The notes beneath the pieces were generated by a model. It ran no database searches. It was given only the letters and a program-made list of their open reading frames with translations, and was not told where the DNA came from. The translations under genes were made by a program, and so were the position numbers. Shown piece by piece: positions 1 through 13,523 of a stretch of 64,000 nt of DNA. The stretch covers positions 4,402,001 to 4,466,000 of the forward strand of contig NC_089432.1 in the NCBI RefSeq assembly GCF_026210795.1, given 5' to 3'. This stretch comes from Rhizophagus irregularis. Taxonomy: Eukaryota. Numbering within the stretch: position 1 is the stretch's first letter; the number at the start of each line of letters is the position of its first letter.

Positions 1-177
1 TAACGCAAATTGTTTTTTTGAATTTTTCCAATTTGCACGATATACATTTCCAAAACCTCCGGTACCAATAGGTTGAATATTATCAAATTCTTTATATTCA
101 TAAAATTTTAAATGTTCTTTATCGATAGCTTCCTCAATCCAATTAATCCACTCATTTGTATTTTCGGTACCTTGCAT
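1..177 (-). CDS. Exon 1 (partial gene, runs off window start) of a kinase/Sel1-family paralogue
   Basis: Manual translation [59 protein letters not shown]; Gly-rich loop; matches exon 1 of the 24332 and 55640 genes. Confidence 0.8.
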   Translation of the reverse strand, partial: MQGTENTNEWINWIEEAIDKEHLKFYEYKEFDNIQPIGTGGFGNVYRANWKNSKKQFAL

Positions 178-325
178 TTTAATATTATTGAACGTTATCG
201 AATGTATTGAATAATGATAAGTTTAACAGTAAAGTTAAAAAAATAAATAAAAATTTTTAAAGTTTTATTGTGTGTGACCATTTATAATTTTTTTCGTAGC
301 ACAACGTTATTTAGTATTACCATTT

Positions 326-478
326 GGGCATCCTTAACGTACAGTAGGGGTGTACAATATTAACGTACAAACTGGCCCGCGTTTAGGAGTTATGCACTTG
401 CACGTGATAGCGTTAACGTTAATTCTGGTCAGTTCGTACATTAATATCGTACACCCCCACTGTACATTAAGGAATCCC
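326..478. mobile_element. MITE, Mutator-like (9-bp TSD)
   Basis: ~50-bp imperfect TIRs (GGGCATCCTTAACGTACAGT.../...ACTGTACATTAAGGAATCCC); perfect TSD TTACCATTT at 317-325 and 479-487. Confidence 0.85.
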
Positions 479-1719
479 TTACCATTTACCAAACAAAAAG
501 TCAAATCCTCAGTACCGCAGTAATTTCAAATAATGACGTCATCATGAAAATTTTTTTGAAAAAAATATATCAATGTCATTAAAGTATTTTTTTATTTTTA
601 TCAGAAGTACTATAGGCGACATACAGCTCCTTTCTTGACAAAAATCTGATATTATTTGAATAAAATTGAACTACCACAATCATTTCAACATGATATTGGA
701 GTTTTTTTTCAGAATGTATAAGATTAAAATAAGAACAAATAAATGAATTTTAATTGAAGTGAGAAGGTAATGATTTTATGGCCAATAAATTCATTACTTG
801 AATAATTTATTTTAATCGTGAGAAGATTTATTTAATTCGATTAATGATGCCATGATGGTGATGGTAATTTATTTCGTAATAATAATTTTGTATACTGTAT
901 TGTATTATTTATTATTATTTCAATTTACATTATTTGTATGAGGACGAATATTAATTCAGCAACAGATTTTAAATCTTTCTCTCTAAAATATTTAAAGAAA
1001 GAATTTCATGTTTTGGTAAATAAGCTCCCTTTAAATTAAATATTATCCAAACAAAATTAAATATGTATCTTTTCAGAACGAGATATAATATTAATACTCT
1101 GAAGAAATTATGTGAATATATATAATAATTTAATTTTCCAAAAAGTAAACGCTTATTTATAGATCTTATTCGAATTATGTGATGTGGCGTACAATATTGA
1201 AATGATAAATATTTACTCCAGATATTTACAATATTCATTGTAAATTTCCGTATATATATCAAGTCAACTAATTAATAATAATAAAATATTATCTGATATT
1301 GTTGGATTTAATTTCTAGTAATAAGAATATAAAAGAAAGAAAAAGTTTATTGATAAATACAGCCACTTCGTGACGTTAACCGATATACAATAAATACAAT
1401 ATTCATAAAATATTTGATCATTCTACTGAATAATCTTAAATTAAGAATAATATGACTTTTATGAACTCTAATACTTTTGCTAAAATTTGACATACTATAT
1501 CTTCCCAAAATTAGATTATTTAAAGATTTATTAGTATGATATCAATTAGTTAATATTGTCGTTTTATGGAAACTTTTATTAAAATTAGATATGAACCTCT
1601 AATAATTATGAAGAAATCTTTCAATTGGAATCATGTTATTATTCAATTAAATTCATAATAAATAATTATTATTATTTTCTAAATGATGCGACTAAAAGAA
1701 TATTATATTTATTATGGTA

Positions 1720-2040
1720 ACTTTAATAATACCATAGCAACGAATAGTGTTATCATGAAAATCAACTTCATGCTTGAATTTTAACAAAATAAAATTCAAA
1801 TTTTTGAAATAAATATATGGACTAAAGATCATAGACAAAAAACATTATTATTAAGTTAAATTACCTCATGAACGATTTGATGTTGTCAAAGATTTTAATG
1901 CGAATTGTTTTCTGTTTTTTACTAATTTGCACGATAAACTTTTGTAAAACCTCCGGTACCATATTGTTAAATTGTAATTGTTTGTATTCATAAAATTTGA
2001 AATATTCTTTATCGACAGCTTACTGTATCTTGCATTTTGA
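1720..2040 (-). pseudogene. Decayed exons 1-2 of a kinase/Sel1 paralogue
   Basis: Recognisable GTGGF..VYRAN and EVDFHDNTIRCYGI remnants with deletions and frameshifts. Confidence 0.7.
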
Positions 2041-2140
2041 TATTATTATCAATAAATATCAAACGTATTGAATAATAACAGGTTTGACGGCAAAATAAAA
2101 AAAACAATGAAAAGTTGCACAACATCGTCAATAACTTGAT

Positions 2141-2334
2141 GCACTTAAGTTTCGTGGGCGCGGTTTGTGTCGATCTTCACCATATAAGGACCAAGTGACA
2201 TTTAAGTGTCACCTGATCACGTGCAGCTACGGGTTCAAAACATTAAGTATCTGAGGAACTTGGTTTTTTTTTTAGTGTCAAAAATTTATTTGTCACCCCG
2301 TGATACAAAAAATACGCCCACAAAACTTGGGTGC
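2141..2334. mobile_element. MITE, Mutator-like (9-bp TSD, 1 mismatch)
   Basis: TIR GCACTTAAGTTTCGTGGGCG / CGCCCACAAAACTTGGGTGC; flanks TAACTTGAT (2132-2140) and TAAGTTGAT (2335-2343). Confidence 0.7.
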
Positions 2335-2772
2335 TAAGTTGATACATAATGACGTCATGAGATTTGTTTACGGAATGATTTTCGTTCAAGGTCGAACGAT
2401 GATTTCTAAATATTACGCAAAAATTTATCGTTATATCGATAAAGTAATCTATTTTTTTAATATAAAATAATCTAGATGTTGCGTAATATAATCTTCCTTG
2501 GTTTAATCTTTGTATAGATAAAGTTGCAACTTATATCTAAAAAACTCTGACGAATCAAACATTGATCCAACAATAAACATACTAAAAGAAGGTAAATACG
2601 TTATGATTAGGTAATTAAAAGCTACAATATAATCATATTTGATATTGTTGTGTGTTGATATCATTTATACTTATATGAAAATCTTGTACAACAAAAAAAT
2701 AATATTTATACAGTCTTTTTCTTTTTTTTTTTTAATACACCCATCTCTTTCACTCCTCCTTCAGACACAACT

Positions 2773-2966
2773 AAATAAATACTTTCTTTTCAAATAAATA
2801 TCTAATAAATACCTTTTTTTTACGCGCAAATAAATACCTTTTTTTTCATACGCAAATAATAAATACCTTTTTTTTTTACGCGTAAATAAATACCTTTTTT
2901 TTCACGCGTAAATAAATACTTTTTTTTCTCACACATATATAAATACTTTTTTTTCACGCGTAAATA
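2773..2966. repeat. Minisatellite, ~26-30-bp unit AATAAATAC(C)T(n)CACGCGTA, about 7 copies
   Basis: Units visible directly; ACGCGT at 2878, 2904 and 2956. Confidence 0.8.
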
Positions 2967-4850
2967 ATTATTAAGGCGGAATATATATATATATCAACAT
3001 CAAGAACTGTATTTACTGGCGGAACTGCCTTTGGATAACATATGGGTATGAGTTTCACTAGCTATTGGAAACTTGTTTTGTAAGTGAAAAACCACTCCAA
3101 CTACTCCTGTCAGTTTAGACGCTTTGTGGTTCTTTTTTACATGTTTTCTGCTGTCTATCAAATTTTTTAGGCAGATCAACTGAAGCGGTACATTTAAGAT
3201 AATGCCAAATTTGGTATCTATTGCGATAGAGGACAAGCTAACATTAAACGAGGCTGGGTCATATCATTAAATGGTGAGTATAAATAACAGTTGCCGGATG
3301 GAAGTACGAGTACGTGTTTACCGGATGAGGGATCGCAGAAAGTCTTCCGGATGGTGGATTGTTATGATTGACATAGAGGTTTATGTGCTCGTAGTACGTA
3401 CCATTTGCTACTGGCGAGTAGTCATCTGCTTTGTGCACAAGTCGTAGCTACAATGACGCCACATAGGTGATCCCCAAGCCGATCCATATGGGAGGGCAGG
3501 CCGTGGTGCCCGTGGAAATGACACATATTTCTATGCCATGACTCATGACACTTACTTAGTTGTTGTTATTGAATACTATATGAGATTGCCATAGATCCTA
3601 TGATGGCCACATAGGTGTCCTGGGGTTCCCTGCTCATGCATAATTAACAGGGTGGTAATTCTTATATGGTATTAGGGGATAGTGACTAAAAAATTTTGAA
3701 AATTTTGTAGGGCGTATATCAATTCATTTTGTCCTTATCTCTGAAAATATGAGATAAATCTGCATTATGAAATTTCTGAATTGGAGTAGGACGAATATTG
3801 AAGTCAAGATAATAATTTCAATTTTTTCAATATTTTATTATATGATAAAGAAAAATATATATTGATTACGGATCGATAGGACTCCGAAGAATTCATATAA
3901 GTTTCCATCAATGCTGATATTTTGAATGTATAGTACAAAATAATATTTATCGTAATTTAAAATCTGCAATTAGATTAAAACTTTTATCAATTTGTTATTT
4001 ATTTAGTTCTGATGTATTTCAGGTTCTTTTGCAATGCAAGTTAATGGCTTCACCAAATTTTTAGGATGAATGTTAATTTTAATATTGTATATAAACATAA
4101 AGCAGATAAAAAAGAAATCTTTACAATATATTTTATTTGTTTCACAATTTTCTAATGATCTCTTATGGAATGGTTACCAAATAAAACAAATAGGAAATTT
4201 ATTACAAGTAGAAAATAAATTTAGTACCGATCTACCTTTTTTAAAGGCACAAATCGGACTCAAACTCGTAATACAACGCTAAGAAATTGAGAAGAACGAT
4301 AAGTTATAGTAGTATTGCTTTACTTGTGAAAGATTTAAAAGGATAAAGATATTAATTTAAGAATAATAAAAAGTTCGTACTCATTGGCAAAGTTTCAGTT
4401 GATTTGATTAAACTTGATCTTTAAGTACATCCAATTGTTCGAATTTTTTAATTATCTTAGTAAATATGTGATACATAAAATGAGTAAATAAGGAGTTAAC
4501 TAATGTGTTCAAGGCTCTCTTTTGTATGGATTCTATACAAACATATCGTAATTGTCACAATTATCATAAATATATTGTGGATTTAAACTGAAATCCTAAA
4601 CGGTTCATCCTAAATTTAATAATAGATAATAAATAGGAATGGGTTATAACTTATAACTGTAACTAATATTGATTGGTTAAAGTTTGACTGATACCCTGAC
4701 TGGCTATTTGACCAATAATGATTGTAATTTAAGTTACGCTGAAAAAAAATTTTTAAAATAAGTGATCACACGATGGGTCTCGTGTGATACAGGAGAAATT
4801 CTCACATAAGTACTCAAGTATTTTTTCGCAAATAATTTCACTTTGCACTA

Positions 4851-5125
4851 ATAACTTTATTCTGTCTCATCAAAGTTAATACAATCGTGAACGCTTTCCC
4901 TGTTAAAATAAGTAGGACGAACCTATTAGTGAACTAAAGAAAGAATTTTTCCGCAGACAAGTTCAAGCTATGGAAGGTGGCGATCGCGACAATTATTTGA
5001 GGAACTGAAATTAGTGGCGAAGGGTTTAAAGTCAAATTTCTTGGTACGGATTTTATATTTGCAAAAAATGATAATGACCATGCAATATTTGTAGGTGAAG
5101 AAAGAGATTTTCAAAAGGGGTAAAA
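4851..5125 (+). pseudogene. Degenerate Crinkler (CRN)-type N-terminal domain
   Basis: ITLFCLIKVNTIVNAFPVKISR, then after a frameshift EPISELKK, then NFSADKFKLWKVAI; LFCL/LWKV pattern of fungal CRN N-termini; no start codon, internal deletion. Confidence 0.7.
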
Positions 5126-6606
5126 GCAGTGTATCCTATTGATGGTATGACCTATATCAATTATCATGATAAAAAGATTTATTTTGAACAGTATTATAGT
5201 TGACGAAAAATATATTGATATTATAAAGCAATTATTTAGGTTACATATTTTCACATTTACATTGAAATTTGCCAATTTTCCTTACATAGTAAAATAAAAG
5301 TATGAACAAAAAATGATTTATCTGTTAAATAAATAAATGAATAATTAAATATACTTAATAATTAATAATTGTAAAATCATTGCTCCGATAATTTAAAACC
5401 ATAGTTTGGTAACAGTAAGATAAAAAAAGATAAAAAAAGATAAAATAAATTTGTCAATTTTCCGACTGGTCACGCAAGGTCGCAAGGTAGAGACAAAAAA
5501 AAAAACAATAAAAAACGTGTAATCATCGTAATGCATGTAATGTAACACAGAAAAGCTTTGAAGTTGATACAAAAACCAAATGATCAACCAATGGCGTAAT
5601 ATTCTACTATACCCCTTTTATAACGTAATAAGATTTAACATAACAGATAACTATGATTTTGTATATTACATGTATTTTTCTTGTGTTTTTAAAATTTATT
5701 TTTTTGTTTTTTGTCGCCACTTTACTTGATTGACATCAATTTCAACTATTTTGATTCATGCACTACATCAACAACAACATTAAACAAAAATGCAAACGTG
5801 AGGCGGAAGTTGCAAATTTCCCTTATATACTTCTTTATCAAGAGATTTAATCATCATTTTTTTTCATTCAAATTATAAACGCCAAAATTAAAAATTAACA
5901 CATAATATTGTCGCACGAGGATTTGTAGAACATTAGAGTATAAATATAAATATATCCCACTATTATGGTAAAAAAAAAGGTCCGTTCTTTATGTCATTAT
6001 AAAGAAACTAATAGTATTTAACTGGTAATCTTTTATTGTCTAGTTTGAATGATTTTTTAATCGGTTAAATTCTAACCGGAAAGGACTTAATGTACTTTAA
6101 AATAATTTCTATCAATGATTTTATGTAAGTCCTTTGAAAAAAATAGTCATTTAAATTTTCATTTAAATTTTCAACAACATACTGTACGCTATTGCTATTT
6201 ATAGATTTATAAGTATATTTAAGACATTTATGTAATCAAATTTAAAAAAATTTGATTCATGTAATCGCTTTAATAATAAAACGTAATATAATAAAATAAA
6301 TAAACAAAAATTATAAACCATAAAATTGAAATATTCCAGAAATTGAAATTTTTAAATTTGATAAAATAGTTTTTCCCGTCATTCAAGAAGTTCCTAAATT
6401 TAGTTTATGCCGATCTCTGTTTATGCAGTTGCGGCGATTACAAAACTTGGCAGCTGACCACAACTTACACAAATAAAGCCTCATTTCATTTGTTACTTTC
6501 TCCTTTTTGTTTTGAATACGTAACAAAAACAATAGATATTTAGATAATATAAATAGATTATGCTAGCAAAATATGAAAAAAGAAAAAAGAATAAAGAAAA
6601 TAAAAA

Positions 6607-9418
6607 ATGTCCCTTAATAAATATCAAACTTTTCCATTGGCAAAAAATTCAGACTTATTTAAAAACGAAATTGAAAATAATGAAAATACAAATATATCAA
6701 TAGATTGGATTGAGGATGCCATTGAAAAAAAATATATAAAGTATTATGATTGCAAGTATTTTAGTGATATTCAAGAAATTGGTACTGGAGGTTTCGGCAA
6801 AGTATATCGTGTTAAATGGAAAAATTCGGAATATTATTTAGCGTTAAAAACTTTTAAAGATCCTGACAACGTTACTATAAAAGAAATTGTTCGTGAGGTA
6901 AATTTTGAAATGTAGCGCTTATATTTTTTAACGTTTTTTTTTCGTTTCTTTTTTTTTTAATACTTTACGTACCTTTTTAATTTTTTAGCTTAATTTTCAA
7001 CGAGACGTAGATCATCATAATAATATTATTCGCTTCCATGGAATATCAAAGTCAGGTATTAATACAGCATATTATAATAATGTTCAAAGTTGATTGAATA
7101 AACTTAAAATCAAATAATATATATATATTTTTTTTATTTACCAGTAAATTCAAACAATCAAATGAAGATAGATTCATTAGTAATGGAATATGCCGATGGA
7201 GGTAATCTTCGAGGCTATTTAAAAGAACACTTTAATAACCTCACTTGGAATGATAAGTTAAATATGGCGCTTCAATTGGCTTGTGCTGTATCGTGCTTAC
7301 ACAGTGTTGGCCAGTGACTCAAATGACCTCAAATGACTCAAATGACTGGTCACGTATCATTTGAGTCATTTCAACATTAAATGACAAATGACCTAGTCAT
7401 TTAAAAATTACATCATAATTCTGGCCAAAACTATTCATACAATTTCACTATTTCATGGATAAAATTTTCACATGATATTAGAAGTTCATAATTCTGGCCG
7501 GCATCATTAACTTGGCCTGAATTATAAAGCATTAATTTTAAATGACTCAAATGACAAATGACCTAAATGACTAGGTCATTCGTAGGTCATTCGGAGGTCA
7601 TCTCAAAATGGGCAAATGACCTAGTCATTTGCCATCACTGTGCTTACATGACGAAGGAATCGTTCATCGTGATTTGGTAATTTATTCAATAAATTTATTT
7701 GATAATTGAAATAAATGTTTACGTTATTATGTTATTAATTTTTATTTTTATTAATAGCATTCCGGTAATGTGTTGGTTCATCAAAACATCATCAAGTTAG
7801 CAGATTTTGCAAGAAAAATTGAAGAAGTATCTAAAACGCATTCAGGTTCTTTCGGCGTCGTGCCCTATATCGACCCAAAAAAGTTTAATTCAGAACCATA
7901 TACCTTAAATAAAATGAGTGATATTTATAGTCTTGGTGTGCTATTATGGGAGATATCGAGTGGTCAGCCACCCTTTAAAGATGAATTGTATGAATTTTTA
8001 CATGGTTGAATTTTAAATGGTCTTAGGGAAACGTCGGTTTTAAATACACCCGAAGACTATATAATAATTTATACCGGTTAATGAAAAAAAAAAAATTAAA
8101 TTTACAGTCAACACATCATTTTAACTTATTGAAAAAATTTTATTTTTTTTTAGAATGTTGGGATAGTGAACCAGATAATCGTCCAATTATACATCAGGTA
8201 GTTTCTCGATTGAAAGAAATAATTACAAAAGAATATGGAGTAATGGGGAATCATCACCTTTTGTCACCAAATAAAAGTAACGGTAATTCATCGCGAAGTA
8301 CAAAATCAACAACGATATCTAGCAACCAAATTATCAATATTAATTTTACGTCTGAAAAAGACGTTAGAGGATTCCGAAATATACGTTCTCAGAGTATGCG
8401 TGCAATTAAGCGAGAAATTATGCATGTCTTTTGTTTGTTACGAACTTATGTAATTTTAACGTTGAAGAAATGTGTAGAATTAACAGCAAATATATACCGA
8501 TATATATTTTGGAGACCCGATGTTAAAACAATGGTTGATAAAACCGTCGAACTTATCTTTGAATTAATAAATGGAGGGACTGAATGGAATTCGGAAAAGC
8601 AACAGATTCTTAATTATCTTAATAATAATAATGATCATAATATAAATTCAAAAATAATTTATAATTGGTTATTAATTAATCAAAATTATTCAAATTCTAT
8701 TTTTTTACTTGGATGTTTTAATTATTATGGAATTGAGACTAATAAGAATTATGAAAAAGCATATAAATTATTTGTCAATAAGTCGGTTCAAAATCACATA
8801 TTAGCATTGTATTACGTCGGCCATTGTTATATGTTTGGATATGGAACTTTAAAGGATGAAAAATCGGCATTTAAATATTATGAAATGGTTGCCAATAAAG
8901 GTTGTGTAGGAGGACAGAACAATGTTGGTTATTGTTATAGTCATGGAAAGGGTGTCAAAAAAGACTTAAAAAAGGCTATTTCTTGGTATGAAAAAGCTGC
9001 AAATAATGGGAACGCTAACGCTCAAAGAAATCTTGGTGTAAAGTATATGGACGGCGAAGGGGTTGATAAAAATGATAATAAAGCGTTCGAGTTATTTAAG
9101 AAATCAGCTGAAGGAGGAAATTCAAAAGGAATAATGATGTTAGGATATTGTTATGACTGTGGAATTGGAACTAATATTGATAAATATAAGGCGGCCGAAT
9201 TATACCAATATGCCGCAAATTTAGGGAATATTACAGCTCAATACAATCTCGCTATGTTGTATGAAAATGGCGAAGGAATTATACAAGATATGAATCTAGC
9301 GATTTATTGGTATAAAAAATCTTCTGAGCAAGGAAATCAAGATGCTCAAAAAATGTTAGACAATCTTATGAAATTAATAGAAACAAAAAAAGAATTAATT
9401 TATAGAATAAGTTATTAA
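6607..9418 (+). pseudogene. Kinase + Sel1-repeat gene, disrupted
   Basis: Exons ~6607-6897, 6989-7055, 7145-7676 (with MITE), 7758-8075, 8154-9418; MITE in exon 3, DFG changed to DFA with a short deletion, in-frame TGA at 8007-8009; Sel1 exon still open. Confidence 0.85.
7302..7640. mobile_element. hAT-like MITE inside kinase exon 3
   Basis: TIR CAGTGTTGGCCAGTGAC / GTCATTTGCCATCACTG; perfect 8-bp TSD TGCTTACA (7294-7301, 7641-7648); AAATGAC subterminal repeats; excision restores [13 protein letters not shown]. Confidence 0.92.
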
Positions 9419-10146
9419 AGTTATTACGTAATTTTTGGAGTCAATTTTACTTAATTGGCATTATTACGTCATTGCCCTTAATATACTTTACAAAGTAAAT
9501 TCTACTGTAAATAAGCATCATATTAGCGCATTTTCAACATACTAGACGTTGAAATGATATTAAAATTCATATTTTTAAAAAAAATTTATTCTCAAATATT
9601 AAATCTTATTTTTTTTTATATATAAATATTCTCTCATTGATAATACATTCTATTTTAGTATTATATGTAATTACTATTAATCATTTAAATAAATTCTGCA
9701 CTGATAAAATTTTTTAATTCATATATAAATTGTTAATTCTGACTTAACTTGTCCGATTCAATTAGGAATATTTATAATATGAGACAAGTTATAACAATGT
9801 TTACTTGTTCTCATCTCGAATTATTCCTGAATTGATTTTAGTGATGATTAAAGTAAGTACGTAGAGTACTTTCTTTAATACGGAATTAAAATAAAATTCA
9901 CATACTATACGTTGTGAATAATCATATAATATAAATAATCAATTTTAAATTGACAATGCGTCAATGTTCAATACTGCGGTACTGCGGCTAATGATAAATA
10001 ACTTACTTTGTTTAGCTGTGCGACAATATTCACATGAAATACTTAAAAAAAGGTTACCATACACAATAAAAAGTTTTAAACTTTTGACGTTCAACTGTAT
10101 CGGTTTTGAAAACTTTTCTGTCAATTATTATTATTATTCAATATAT

Positions 10147-11284
10147 ATGTCTGATAATAAGAAAATGCATTTAATGCAAGATACCGAAAATATGAATAAT
10201 TGGTTTGAAGAAAAAACAATCATTACAAAAACAGATATAGTAGAAAATACTCAATTCTCAAGTAATCAAGAATTTAATAATGAAGAAACTTTAAGTATCA
10301 ATAATTCAAAATTACAAGTCAAATCATCCCAACTTATTATTCAATATTTTGATAAAATAAATTTAAAAGAAATTGATCCTATAACAGTATTAAATAAAAG
10401 AGAGAAACTTTCATTTGAAAAAGGTTTTGATATAATAGTTGATGAAACAAATAATTTAATTTTTAAATTATTAAGTAAAGGAATTGGATGGCAATCATTA
10501 GAAGATCAAGTTATTGATTATTTTAATAATCATAATATTAATTTACAAGAAATTTATAATTGGCTATTATATTATCAAAATGATTCAAATTCTATTTTTT
10601 TATTTGGATATTTTAATTATAGAGGAATTGGAACGAATGTAAATAAAAAGAAAGCATTTAATTTATTTATTGATGAATCTAAAAAAAATCATATACTTGC
10701 ACAACATTTTACAAGGGATTGTTATGAATATGGTAATGGAACTATAAAAAGTAAAAAATTAGCAATTGAATATTATGAAAAAGTGGCTAATAAAAATTTT
10801 CCATATGGACAATTTGAAACTGGTTATTGTTATTTTCATGGAATAGGTACTAAAAAAGATTTGAAAAAGGCTTTTTATTGGTACGATAAAGCTGTAAATA
10901 ATGGAAACATAGTGGCAATGTATAATCTTGGCCATTGTTATAAGGAAGGACTTGGCATTAAAAAAGATAATAATAAAGCTTTTGAATTATTTAAACAATC
11001 AGCTGAAGGGGAATATCCAAGTGGAATAACAATGTTAGGATATTGTTATGGTGAAGGTATTGGAACTAAAATTGATAAACATAAAAGCATTTGAATATTA
11101 TCAAAAATCAGCAAATTTAGAAAATATGATAGCACAATTTCTTCTTGGTGTTATGTATGAATATGGAGAAGGAATTACAAAAGACATAGGCAAAGCAATT
11201 TATTGGTATAAAAAATTTTCCAAAAAAGGATATCAAAGTGCACAAAATAAGTTACTTAAACTTCAAAATATCAATAATTTGTAA
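10147..11284 (+). pseudogene. Kinase-deleted Sel1-repeat paralogue, +1 frameshift near the 3' end
   Basis: MSDNKKMHLMQDTENMNNWFEE (exon-1 start) joined directly to KTIITKTD (post-kinase linker); extra A at 11083-11086 splits ORFs 9964-11094 and 11048-11284. Confidence 0.8.
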
Positions 11285-11955
11285 AAATATAAATCAATTA
11301 TTAAATTCTCTACAATGTTTTTTTTAAAAAATTTACAAAATAGCAGGAATAGTACTCTATATAAATAAGTGTTATTATTATTTTTATTGCAAGCAATTAT
11401 TTTTTTTTCTGAAATTAATTGAACTTAAAATAATTAGCACTTATCTTTCATATATGTACATCATAAAGTAGTAATCGTATATATGAATAAAAAGATTGTG
11501 AAAGATGATACTATAAAAGCAATACTCTTTTTTTATTTAAAGCAAAAAAATTTCAAACTTTTTGTAAAAGAAATTTTTAATAATAAAATATAAATGACAA
11601 TTTTTTAATAACAAAACGAGATTTTTTTGTTTATTGAAATTATGTATGTGTCAAAGAGACTTTTGTGATGTTAATTAATATTATTCAATAATGATGTATG
11701 CTTATTTTAAGTCAATTGGTCAATTGATACTTTCAACGCGCTAATATATACATATCCGGTATCCCATAAATATTAAATATTAATGATTGTTTTCATGTGC
11801 CACGCAGTGGCACAATGACGGCTAATCATTCGACATCCACCTCCATATTGAATACTCCGATTACTCCGTGCCTAGTAACTATAAATCAAATTGACTATTC
11901 TAAAAATCATTTTAATGTATTGTCAGTATTGATCCAAATAAAAGGTTAAAATAAT

Positions 11956-12088
11956 GGTTTTGGCACGATTTCCCGACGGATGATTTTTCGACGGGACATT
12001 TGCCCGACAGGTTTGGCCAGAATTATGCAGGGTAACGGCCAGCGTTAGGCTGTCATGAAAATGCTCTGTTGGGAAACGGTCCGTAAGC
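11956..12088. mobile_element. Small Mutator-like MITE (degenerate)
   Basis: Imperfect TIR GGTTTTGGCACGATTTCCCGAC / GTTGGGAAACGGTCCGTAAGC; flanks TAAAATAAT / GAAAATAAT. Confidence 0.55.
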
Positions 12089-13523
12089 GAAAATAATTAC
12101 TCGGTCTGGATAAAAACTTTAATTTGGTTAAAATTTGAATTATACTCAACTATTTAGAAATTTTGTCACTATATGATCATAATGCTTAACACTAAGGGCC
12201 TCTGAATAAGTTACAAAACATAAAATCCCGATCATTAGCTCATGAAATATAATTTCATGTTATCCGAAATTTTCATCTATCTGAGTAAATCTATCGGATT
12301 TTGGAAACATGTTAGCGTTACGGGTGAACACAAGTTTCGTGATCTATTTCCAAATTAGGATTCCAAAAGAAGTTCACTTTTAATATATAAATAAACGGGA
12401 CCTTTTCCAAATCCAACAATAACTACAACCTGGTAAGATTGGTTATTTAGTAGTATAATGTTTGAAAATTATGTATTGATTAAATGACACGGACTTATTT
12501 ATACAAAAATATGCGATTACCTCGGCTATAAGTACTTAATTCCTATAACAACCTTTATCAAATTATTTAGATTTATAACAATTATGATAATTATTAATGG
12601 TTTATATCTATTAATTGGGATGTCTAGAATGTACATTACATTAAATGAATTAACTAAAATTTAGAAGAGTCAAAAGACTAAATTATTTTGTACATCTTGC
12701 CCTATAAATCAAAATCATTCAAAAAATGTGTTAATTCATATGATATTCATGCGATTTGGCACTATTTTATCCAATAAACATAAAAAAGCAATTTTAGTTA
12801 AATTTTAAGCATTTAAATATCCTCCGAAAATTATTTAAAAAATGTACAAAAAAAGTCATAAATAAAAGCATCATATTAACAATCAATTAATATACAATTT
12901 TTAATTGAAAGCTTTTATTGTATTAGGATTAAGATACAATGAATTTTTTTTGATTAATATTTTATAAAGAAATTTTTGTTACAATAAAATTTTTAGAATA
13001 TTATTAAATTATTAATCAGAAATATAAAATTAATCTCTTTCGTAGATTATCCCAATTAGTCATTGTAGCTTAAAGATTTTGATCTTTGTCATATTAATTA
13101 TAATTCCTTAGTTTATAATATAATAAACAAAATTTTATTGTTGAAATATAATGTTTCTACCATAATTGGCACATTTTTGCGGAGTAAAAAATAAATTTTT
13201 AAAATATTTATTGATAAAACATTTAAATTATTTAAATGAAGAGTTAAAATAAAATTATTAAAAATTCATTTTATTAATTACTATTTTACGCAGACAATTA
13301 AAAATTAGAAGTTACACACACTGATTATTAAAGTTTGGTGACCTAACTTAAATTAGAAGTAAAATGATCGACAGTTACCTTTGGCGTTCAGTGATACCAT
13401 ATTTATAAATAGTTAAAAAAATTATAAATATGTAAATAGTTGAAACAAAAAAAAAATATTTCTTCAATTTTCGAAAAGCATAAATTTAAATTCCGCAGTA
13501 ATAATTTTTTTTCGTACCCAACA

